Origin: a virus
Taxonomy: Duplodnaviria > Heunggongvirae > Uroviricota > Caudoviricetes
DNA length: 15,718 nucleotides
Virus record (IMG/VR): IMGVR_UViG_3300029504_000114
Span: 1 to 15,718 of that record
Reading direction: 5' to 3' (one strand)
The notes under the pieces were generated by a model. It was not told the origin of the DNA, ran no database searches, and saw nothing but the letters and a program-made list of their open reading frames with translations. The translations under genes and the position numbers were made by a program. Position 1 is the stretch's first letter, and each line of letters starts with the position of its first letter. Below, one piece after another: positions 8,274 to 15,718 of this stretch.

Positions 8274-9209
8274 ATGCAACTAACTTCTAAAATTATCAGT
8301 AAGTTTAATTATAATAGATTAGCTTTCCAATTACTTTTAAATGAGGCCCCCAAAAAATATAAAGTTTATTATATTCCTAAACGTGGCGCAGGTTTTCGGG
8401 TGATAGCTCAGCCGACAAAGGAACTAAAAAACGTACAGAGATTTATAGTATCTTTGCTACAGCCAAAGCTGCCTGTTCATCATAAGGCAATGGCATATGA
8501 ATATAAAAAAAGTATTAAAGATAATGCATTGTTGCATAAAGATAATAATTATATTCTTAAAATGGATTTTCAGAACTTCTTTAACAAAATTAAACCTGAT
8601 ATATTTTTCTCGAAACTTGAGAACACAGGGCTGAAATTGGATTCATTTGATGAGAACACCCTACGTAATTTGCTTTTTTGGCGTCCGGGAAAAAAGAGAA
8701 GTACAACGTTGATATTAAGTGTAGGGGCGCCAAGCTCACCATTTATTAGTAATTTTGTTATGTATGACTTTGACAAGAGTCTTGATGATTGGTGCCGTAA
8801 CAATGGTATCACTTATTCAAGGTATGCAGATGATATAACTTTTTCAACTAATATTAAGGATATATTGTGCAGGGTTCCTAAGGTGGTAAAAAAAATGTTG
8901 TCGCTCCATGTTCCCGGTCTATCAATCAATGAATCTAAAACAATTTTTACATCGATGGCTCATAATCGGCACGTGACTGGTGTAACACTTACACCTCAGG
9001 GCAATTTATCAATTGGTCGCGATCGTAAAAGGATGCTGTTTGCAAAGATTCATAAATATTCTTTGGGACTCTTATCTTCCGAAGAAATAAATAAAACCAA
9101 AGGGATGATTGCGTTTGCAAATTATTTGGAGGGTGATTTTTTATTAAGGTTACAAAAAAAATATGGTTGTGAGTTAATAACTAAGTTCCTGATGGAAGGA
9201 AACAAATAA
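8274..9209 (+). CDS. Retron-type reverse transcriptase
   Basis: 311 aa; RT motifs YYIPKRGAGFRVI, LKMDFQNFF, VGAPSSP, YSRYADDITFS (YADD at 8823-8834) and the retron-typical NRHVTGV (VTG) motif; RBS AAGAGGGG. Confidence 0.9.
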   Translation: MQLTSKIISKFNYNRLAFQLLLNEAPKKYKVYYIPKRGAGFRVIAQPTKELKNVQRFIVSLLQPKLPVHHKAMAYEYKKSIKDNALLHKDNNYILKMDFQNFFNKIKPDIFFSKLENTGLKLDSFDENTLRNLLFWRPGKKRSTTLILSVGAPSSPFISNFVMYDFDKSLDDWCRNNGITYSRYADDITFSTNIKDILCRVPKVVKKMLSLHVPGLSINESKTIFTSMAHNRHVTGVTLTPQGNLSIGRDRKRMLFAKIHKYSLGLLSSEEINKTKGMIAFANYLEGDFLLRLQKKYGCELITKFLMEGNK

Positions 9210-10843
9210 TGATAAATAAAATGAATTTAGAGACTTGCTATGTTGATTTTTTAGAGTTGGAATCACATGTGATAAACGAGGATTATTTGAAGGAGTCTGT
9301 TGAGCTTCAAAAGCTAATATCTACTTTAAATGAGAGTAAGTTTCATTTAAATAAAATAGGTATACATGATTTTAAACGGATAAGAGAACTACAGATTTCT
9401 TTAGAAGATGATTTGACTGTTTTTGTCGGGGATAACGGATTCGGTAAAAGCACTATTTTGGATGCAATAGCAATTGTTTTGAGTTGGTTGAGATCAAATA
9501 TTGAAAAGGAGAGTAAGCCTGGTACTTATATTAAAAGCCATGAAGTTAATAACTCTGTTGATGTTGAGTATGCATCAATTGATGCAAATATAAAACTCAA
9601 GGACTTTAATACCAGTATTTTGATTACTAAAGCGAAAGAGGGGGCATATTATTCTAGAAATAATGAATTGTTGGAGGTAAAAAAACTTGCAAGTATTTAT
9701 AGACTTGTGAATAAATATGTTGATAATGCAAGCTTGCCTTTGATGGCATATTATTCTATTGCGCGTTCTTATATAGGCGGTGGGGTTGATAGGAAAAGAA
9801 AAAATGCTAAAACTAAAACTGTATGGTCAAAATTCGATGTGTATGATGAAATCGAGTTTGACAGAAATGATTTTACCGATTTTTTTCAATGGCTTGTATT
9901 TCTTCATAACAGAGCTTCACAAGAGAAATTGAGTGAGTCACAAACGACAATCAATGCGTTATTTTCAGATATTCAGAGTTTGAAAGCAACATTAACTCAA
10001 CTATCTGCGATTGATAATATTGATTCAACAGTTATAAAAGGTTTAGAGCTTTCGCTTAAAGAAAAATTGAACTACATGAAATCTCTGCAATCAGGAGAAC
10101 ATAAGTTTAATAATGCAGTATCACTTTATGATAGTGTTATAAATACCATTCTAAAGTTCTTGCCTGAATTTCAGTGGATTAAGCTTGTTTATGGTGATGA
10201 TGATTATAAGATTATCCTTAAAAAAGGAGAGGTTGAATTAGATATTCAACAGTTGTCTCAAGGTGAGAAAACTATATTTACTTTAGTTGGTGATTTGGCT
10301 CGACGTTTAATTTTACTTAATCCTAATTTATCTAATCCTCTATTGGGATATGGGATTGTTTTAATTGATGAAATTGATTTGCATTTGCATCCGCAATGGC
10401 AACAGACAATTATTGAGCGTTTGACATCTACATTCCCAAATGTTCAATTTGTAATTACTACCCATAGCCCACAGGTTTTATCCACTGTTAGCTCTCGTTC
10501 AGTGCGTATTCTACAGGAAGTGGAAGTAGATGGTGTTAATGATTTGATAGTGTCTCACCCCGACTATCAAATAAAAGGTGTTAGTAATCAGGATGCACTT
10601 TTATATGGAATGAGAACTGATCCTATACCCTCTACTAAAGAAAATGGTTGGCTTGAAGAATATAAAAAATTGGTTGAGCTTAATCGTTATAGCAGTGACG
10701 AGGCTCTTTTGTTAAGAGAAAAAGTTATTAAACATTTCGGATTAGACCATCCTTTAGTTCAAGAGTGTGATGATCTTATATCTGTTTTGGAGTTCAAAAA
10801 TAAGATAAATCAGCACTTTTCTGGAAGTAAGGATGTAAAATGA
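9209..10843 (+). CDS. ABC/SMC-type ATPase (PtuA-like retron effector ATPase)
   Basis: 544 aa; Walker A GDNGFGKST (9428-9454), signature-like LSQGEK, Walker B VLIDEIDLHLH, H-loop-like ITTHSP; start overlaps the RT stop (TAATG). Confidence 0.85.
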   Translation: MINKMNLETCYVDFLELESHVINEDYLKESVELQKLISTLNESKFHLNKIGIHDFKRIRELQISLEDDLTVFVGDNGFGKSTILDAIAIVLSWLRSNIEKESKPGTYIKSHEVNNSVDVEYASIDANIKLKDFNTSILITKAKEGAYYSRNNELLEVKKLASIYRLVNKYVDNASLPLMAYYSIARSYIGGGVDRKRKNAKTKTVWSKFDVYDEIEFDRNDFTDFFQWLVFLHNRASQEKLSESQTTINALFSDIQSLKATLTQLSAIDNIDSTVIKGLELSLKEKLNYMKSLQSGEHKFNNAVSLYDSVINTILKFLPEFQWIKLVYGDDDYKIILKKGEVELDIQQLSQGEKTIFTLVGDLARRLILLNPNLSNPLLGYGIVLIDEIDLHLHPQWQQTIIERLTSTFPNVQFVITTHSPQVLSTVSSRSVRILQEVEVDGVNDLIVSHPDYQIKGVSNQDALLYGMRTDPIPSTKENGWLEEYKKLVELNRYSSDEALLLREKVIKHFGLDHPLVQECDDLISVLEFKNKINQHFSGSKDVK

Positions 10844-11523
10844 AATATCTATCTAGGCAAATGCCAGGGCCTTCCGTTCTTAATAAATTTGACTATAGGA
10901 GGGATGATTGGAATTCCCTATCATCAAATGATAAAAAAGAAATATGGGAAGAAATAATAAAAATGCAAGGTAAATTATGTGCTTATTGCGAGAAAAAAAT
11001 AGAGCATCATAAAAGTGGTGGCAAAAATAAAGTTGAGAGGCATATTGAGCATTTTTACAGGAAAAGTTATTACAAAAATTTAACTTTCGAGTGGTCTAAT
11101 TTGTTTGGCTCATGTGGTGAGCCGCAAAGGTGTGGGTTTTATAAGGATAAGCAAAAATATAACGATGATGATTTAATTAAAGCTGATAGACAAAATCCAG
11201 ATGTTTTTTTCCATTTTTTGGAAAATGGTGATGTTCATATTAGAGAAGGCTTGAATGAGAAAGAACACAAAATGGCAGAGGTTACGTTAAGAGTATTTAA
11301 CTTAAACCCGTCCTCAGGAGGAGTCAAGGCGGAAAGAAGACGTGCAATAGAATTAAGCATGACATTAATAAAGGAACTGGTCGGATGTGCATCTCAGCTT
11401 ATTGAATCAGGATGTGAAATTGAAGATGTTAGATCTATGGTCTTTGATGAGTTTAAAAAGAATGTAAAAGATAGATGCTTTACCACTGCGATAAAGCATG
11501 TTTTTGAGAATAGAATGCCTTAA
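10840..11523 (+). CDS. HNH endonuclease (PtuB-like retron effector nuclease)
   Basis: 227 aa; CAYC...HHKSGGKNKVERHIEHF...NL...SCGEPQRC HNH/zinc-finger pattern; ATGA overlap with the ATPase stop indicates translational coupling. Confidence 0.85.
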   Translation: MKYLSRQMPGPSVLNKFDYRRDDWNSLSSNDKKEIWEEIIKMQGKLCAYCEKKIEHHKSGGKNKVERHIEHFYRKSYYKNLTFEWSNLFGSCGEPQRCGFYKDKQKYNDDDLIKADRQNPDVFFHFLENGDVHIREGLNEKEHKMAEVTLRVFNLNPSSGGVKAERRRAIELSMTLIKELVGCASQLIESGCEIEDVRSMVFDEFKKNVKDRCFTTAIKHVFENRMP

Positions 11524-11546
11524 AGGTTAGAGGGATGTATATATAA

Positions 11547-12160
11547 TTAATCTATATTATATTCTGAGAAATTGATAATATGCATCCCTATCCACTGATT
11601 AAATTCATGGATTTTTTTTTGTAGAGGTACTAATTCATTTGTCACAAAAACCTTACTAGCTTTCTCCACATCCCCAAAACCCCCAACATTATTAGGCATT
11701 ATCCCCATCATCTGTGGCGGAACGCGATGTGCTGCCATCATGTCATCGCGGCTGACATTTTTGATATTCAGAAACTCATCCTTCGCCGCAACTTCTGACA
11801 AAGGGATGATCTGAAGGCCGTCCTTTTTGCCATTAGGCGAGTACATAAACAGGTTGCGGAAGTTGCCTGGACCTTTGGCGCTTTTCATCGCGTTGCGGAG
11901 ATTGTTCACATCCTCCTGATTCTGCGCGGCGTCGGTCATGTACATGATGAAGCCTGCATGGCTGCCGTTGATGTAATACTTACGGCGGAACAGCGTGGCA
12001 GACTCGTTGAGCAGGGCGGATGGAATGGCAGAAAGATAGCCTGGCAGGCCGTAGATCTCCTGGTTGATGTCCGGTTCCATCAGATGAAAAATGCTGCCTT
12101 TCGTGAACTGATACGGCTGGGTTGTCATACCGTATTGCACAAACCAGTAGGTACCCGCGA
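11547..12160 (-). pseudogene. Portal protein (P2 gpQ-like) fragment lacking its N-terminal part; 3' end possibly altered by the cargo junction
   Basis: Portal-like sequence from MTTQPYQFTKG onward (ATG at 12126-12128) toward lower coordinates; the upstream part of ORF 11547..12347 is antisense to the D' fragment and not portal-like. Junction coordinate approximate. Confidence 0.6.
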
Positions 12161-12554
12161 ACCTGCGAAGAAAGAAAGCACCACGGTGAAGCGTAAGCGC
12201 AGAACTAAGAAGCAGAAGAAAGAGCCAGAAGCGAAGCAGGGCGATTACCTGGTGGGTACGGATGAAAACGTGCTGGTACTTAATCGCACTTATGCCAACC
12301 GGAGCAACGCCGAACGAGCGGCGAAAATGCAGTGGGAACGCCTGCAACGCGGCGTTGCGTCATTCTCGCTACAACTGGCAGAAGGGCGGGCAGATCTCTA
12401 CACGGAAATGCCAGTGAAAGTCAGTGGCTTTAAACAGCCGATAGATGATGCGGAATGGACCATTACGACTCTGACGCATACCATCAGCCCGGATAACGGT
12501 TTTACGACCAGTCTGGAGCTTGAAGTGAGGATTGATGATTTCGAAATGGAATGA
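12160..12554 (+). pseudogene. Tail protein D (P2 gpD-like) C-terminal fragment
   Basis: C-terminal ~130 aa of ORF 11958..12554 (...LNRTYANRSNAERAAKMQWERLQRGV...FTTSLELEVRIDDFEME) resembles gpD C-terminus as recalled; N-terminal 65 aa of the ORF is antisense to the portal fragment. Junction approximate. Confidence 0.55.
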
Positions 12555-12644
12555 TTCTTCGCAATGGAGAACTTTTAAGTTTGCAAAATGGAATAATGCG
12601 GTATCATTATTGTGAATTTAGCAAAAATGGGGAGAACTCGAAAA

Positions 12645-12863
12645 ATGATGATTTGCCCACTGTGTGGAAGTGCCGCCCATACTCGCAGCAGTTTTCAGGT
12701 ATCTTCATTGACCAAAGAGCGTTACAACCAGTGCCAGAACATTAACTGCAGCCATACTTTTGTTACCCATGAAACTTTTGTTCGTTCGATTGCAACGCCA
12801 AAAGAGTCAAATCCGGTTCAGCCGCATCCAATGAAATCAGGACAGGTGGCGCTCTCTCTTTGA
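12645..12863 (+). CDS. ogr: Ogr/Delta-family zinc-finger late transcription activator
   Basis: Start MMICPLCGSAAHTRSS (ATG 12645, RBS GGGGAGA); CPLC...(Ogr-type) ...CQNINCSHTF zinc-finger pattern; ~72 aa. Confidence 0.8.
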   Translation: MMICPLCGSAAHTRSSFQVSSLTKERYNQCQNINCSHTFVTHETFVRSIATPKESNPVQPHPMKSGQVALSL

Positions 12864-12943
12864 CGCTGCCGCCATTTTGTCGCCATCGTTAAAAAACAGT
12901 GTTTCTAACATCATGATTTTAAACAGCTTAAATTTCAGGCAAC

Positions 12944-12986
12944 AAAAAACCCATCAACCTTGAACCGAAATGGCGGGGTTGATGGG
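12944..12986 (-). terminator. Rho-independent terminator on the minus strand downstream of ybjL
   Basis: CCCATCAACC (12950-12959) / GGTTGATGGG (12977-12986) 10-bp stem; on the minus strand it is followed by a T6 run (plus-strand A6 at 12944-12949). Confidence 0.5.
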
Positions 12987-13098
12987 CTCCACAAAATGGG
13001 GACATCAAAGAAAAGCAGTGGCACTAATTAAGACTGATGCCCTGCGGAAAAGTTCTGCGGTTGTGCAAAAAAATTTCATTTTCAGGGCAACTTCAGTT

Positions 13099-14784
13099 TT
13101 ATCCTAATCCTGGCCATACCATGACGATGATTGTCCCTGCCAGCGTCAGCAGGACGTTGGCGATTGCATAGGTGCCCGCATAGCCCAGCGCCGGGATGTT
13201 ACTGCGAGCTGTATCACTGATGATCTCCATTGCCGGCGCGCAGGTACGTGCGCCCATCATTGCGCCGAACAACAGCGCGCGGTTCATTCGCAATACATAA
13301 GCACCGAACAAGAAACAGATAACCACGGGCACCAGACTGACAATCAATCCGGCAATCAACATCTGACCGCCAATCGCGCCCAGGCCGTTATTAATACCGC
13401 TACCGGCGCTCAGACCAACGCCTGCCATAAACACCATCAAGCCGAACTCTTTCACCATGCTTAATGCACCCTGCGGAATGTAACCGAAGGTCGGGTGGTT
13501 AGCACGCATAAAGCCCAGCATAATTCCGGCGAATAACAACCCGGCAGCGTTCCCCATGCCGAAACTGAATGTGCTGAACTGGAAGGTGATCATCCCGATC
13601 ATCAGCCCAATAACAAAGAAGGCGCAGAATGCCAGCAGGTCAGTGACCTGGCTGTGAATCGAGATAAAGCCGATGCGATCGGCGATGGTTTTTACGCGGC
13701 GGGCATCGCCGCTGACTTGTAAAACGTCACCTTTGTTAAGCACGACGTTGTCATCTATCGGCATCTCAATCTGGCTACGAATGACGCGGTTAAGGAAGCA
13801 ACCGTGATCGGTCAACTTCAGTTGTGCGAGACGTTTACCTACAGCGTTATGGTTTTTAACGACCACTTCTTCAGTGACGATACGCATGTCGAGAAGGTCA
13901 CGATCGAAAACTTCTTTACCGTTACGGAAGCTGGGATCGAGTCGGGCATGGGCGTCGGGATAGCCTACCAACGCTATTTCATCGCCCATTTGTAGCACGG
14001 CATCACCGTCTGGATTTGCCAGAATCCCGTTACGTCGAATACGTTCAATGTAGCAGCCGGTTTGTCGATAAATACCCAGTTCACGCAGATTTTTGCCGTC
14101 GGTCCAGGCCACCAGTTCCGGGCCGACGCGATAGGCGCGGATCACCGGTAAATAAACCTTACGGTTGGCATCAGTGTCCAGGCCACGTTCGCGGGCGATT
14201 TGCTGGGCGCTGGTCTGTAAGTCCTGATGCTGCAATTTCGGCAAGTAACGCGCACCAACAATCAAACTCACCAGACCGATTAAATAGGTTAAGGCATACC
14301 CGAGGCTCAGATTATCCAGTGCCAGTGAGAGCTGCCTGCTTTCCATGCCGGAATGACGCAGTGTATCGCCAGCACCGACCAGAACCGGTGTCGACGTCAT
14401 AGAGCCTGCTAACATACCGGCCGTCAGGCCAATATCCCAGCCAAACAGCTTACCTAACCCTAAGGCGATCACCAGCGCACTGCCAACCATCACCAGTGCT
14501 AACATTAGGTAATTTTTCCCATCGCGAAAAAAAATGGAAAAAAAGTTCGGTCCGGCTTCGACCCCGACGCAGAAAATAAACAGCATAAAGCCAAGATTAA
14601 GCGCATCGGTGTTAATGCTGAAATGTTGTTGGCCTAATAACAGCGATACGACTAAAACGCCAATGGAATTACCCAGTTGGATCGAACCAAGTCGTAACTT
14701 TCCGAGACATAGCCCAAGCGCGAGGACCACAAATAATAACAGAATGTAATTCCCATTTAACAATTCGGCGACGTTTATATTCAC
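13099..14784 (-). CDS. ybjL: Putative transporter YbjL (AAE family, with two RCK/TrkA-C-like domains)
   Basis: 561 aa; starts [24 protein letters not shown] and matches E. coli YbjL as recalled; host gene. Confidence 0.9.
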
Positions 14785-15053
14785 GGAGGCTAACTTCTTG
14801 TTTACTAGTAAGCTGTTGAAAGAAATGGTAATTTACGATAATGTTTTTTACCAGAATTCAGGGCGCAGATTCATTCAGCGCACCTAAACGATAGTAAAGT
14901 AACAATATATTTTACTAGTGTAATCACATTAGGTATCAACGGCTATATGAATTGCGTTGGCCTATATTAGCATGGAATGCGAAGCGGCTTTATCTTACTG
15001 AACGCCACACTGGCGAAAAATGTGTTCGATAGACGCAGTGTCAGGAGGAACGA

Positions 15054-15431
15054 GTGAAACATAAACAACGTTGGGCGGGGGCAATCTGCTGTTTTGTCCT
15101 CTTCATTGTGGTGTGCCTTTTTCTGGCGACGCACATGAAAGGCGCTTTTCGGGCTGCCGGGCATCCTGAAATCGGCTTGCTATTTTTCATTCTTCCTGGA
15201 GCAGTCGCCAGCTTCTTTTCACAGCGTAGAGAAGTCCTGAAACCTCTGTTTGGCGCAATGCTGGCGGCACCCTGTTCGATGCTCATTATGCGGCTGTTTT
15301 TTTCACCGACGCGCTCATTCTGGCAAGAGCTGGCATGGTTACTAAGCGCGGTGTTCTGGTGTGCGCTGGGGGCACTGTGTTTCTTATTTATCAGTAGTTT
15401 GTTTAAACCACAGCACAGAAAAAATCAGTAA
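15054..15431 (+). CDS. ybjM: Inner membrane protein YbjM
   Basis: 125 aa hydrophobic protein, GTG start with RBS CAGGAGG; matches E. coli YbjM as recalled. Confidence 0.8.
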   Translation: MKHKQRWAGAICCFVLFIVVCLFLATHMKGAFRAAGHPEIGLLFFILPGAVASFFSQRREVLKPLFGAMLAAPCSMLIMRLFFSPTRSFWQELAWLLSAVFWCALGALCFLFISSLFKPQHRKNQ

Positions 15432-15451
15432 AGCCCTCAACGCGAGGGCTT
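15431..15451. terminator. Hairpin between convergent ybjM and grxA (possible bidirectional terminator)
   Basis: AAGCCCTC / GAGGGCTT 8-bp stem with 5-nt loop directly after the ybjM stop. Confidence 0.45.
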
Positions 15452-15460
15452 GTCAGACGA

Positions 15461-15718
15461 TCAGGCGTCCAGATTTTCTTTCACCCATGCAGCAAAATCG
15501 GTATAGCCGCCGATATGTTGCTGATCGACAAAAATCTGCGGCACGGTTTCTACGGGTTTACCTGCCTTTTGTTGTAGATCTTCTTTAGTGATCCCTTCCG
15601 CACGAATATCTACATACTGATACTGAAAATCATCGCGTTCATTGCTCAATTTCTCAGCCAGATCTTTTGCACGCACACAGTAAGGGCAACCCGAACGACC
15701 AAAAATAACGGTTTGCAT
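15461..15718 (-). CDS. grxA: Glutaredoxin 1
   Basis: 85 aa with CPYC active site (MQTVIFGRSGCPYCVRAK...); start codon at the last three bases of the window. Confidence 0.9.
   Translation of the reverse strand: MQTVIFGRSGCPYCVRAKDLAEKLSNERDDFQYQYVDIRAEGITKEDLQQKAGKPVETVPQIFVDQQHIGGYTDFAAWVKENLDA

Larger units (their letters stand above)
8030..11640. other. AT-rich cargo island (retron cassette) between the A/tum region and the portal remnant
   Basis: Abrupt visible shift to AT-rich composition and AT-rich codon usage relative to flanking phage genes; boundaries approximate. Confidence 0.6.
1..12900. mobile_element. P2/186-like prophage, apparently defective (late genes and cos missing); left end continues off-window, right boundary approximate
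   Basis: Gene order int-cI-apl/cox-cII-...-A-tum ... Q'-'D-ogr matches integrated P2/186 organisation; host genes ybjL/ybjM/grxA follow on the right. Confidence 0.8.

Noticed and set aside
8570-8812. 80-aa minus-strand ORF inside the RT gene
   Set aside because: Antisense to a motif-rich RT frame; AT-rich sequence shadow.
11958-12347. Treating ORF 11547..12347 (-) and ORF 11958..12554 (+) as two intact genes
   Set aside because: They overlap antisense over ~390 bp; only the portal-like C-terminal part of one and the gpD-like C-terminal part of the other look genuine, so both are called as fragments.
12551-12745. 64-aa + strand ORF between the D fragment and ogr
   Set aside because: No recognisable motif, overlaps the ogr start region in another frame; likely the ogr promoter/leader.
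13804-14749. + strand ORFs inside ybjL (13804..13995, 14016..14402, 14534..14749)
   Set aside because: Antisense to the well-supported ybjL gene.
14967-15588. ORFs overlapping the ybjM promoter, ybjM and grxA (14967..15164 -, 15041..15286 -, 15361..15588 +)
   Set aside because: Antisense or overlapping shadows of recognisable host genes.
1-15718. CRISPR arrays, tRNA or rRNA genes, IS elements
   Set aside because: No regularly spaced direct repeats, no cloverleaf-like tRNA candidate near the junction, and no transposase-like ORF or terminal inverted repeats seen by eye; a tRNA scan would be needed to fully exclude.

Overview
This window reads as the regulatory and replication half of a P2/186-like temperate prophage of an enterobacterium, with E. 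coli host genes ybjL, ybjM and grxA at the right end (identified from recalled protein sequence, not a search). From the left: tyrosine integrase (-), a small AT-rich secreted-protein ORF (-), 186-type CI repressor (-), a divergent switch region, then a rightward early operon (Apl/Cox-like, CII-like, small ORFs, TraR/DksA-type zinc finger, Dam-type methyltransferase, P2 gpA-type replication initiator), followed by a LexA-box-controlled Tum/DinI-like module. Next comes a visibly AT-rich ~3.6 kb cargo block at about 8030-11640 holding a retron: a 73-nt near-perfect hairpin (candidate msd) upstream of a YADD/VTG reverse transcriptase, translationally coupled to an ABC/SMC-type ATPase and an HNH nuclease. 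That architecture matches RT + Septu-like (PtuA/PtuB-type) retron defence systems, and it sits where P2-like phages carry tin/old-type cargo. Right of the cargo the prophage is degraded: a portal (Q) fragment on the minus strand abuts a tail protein D C-terminal fragment on the plus strand, then an intact Ogr-like zinc finger; cos and the late genes are missing. The retron a1/a2 repeats could not be located by eye, attL lies off-window, and all family assignments are unverified by search.
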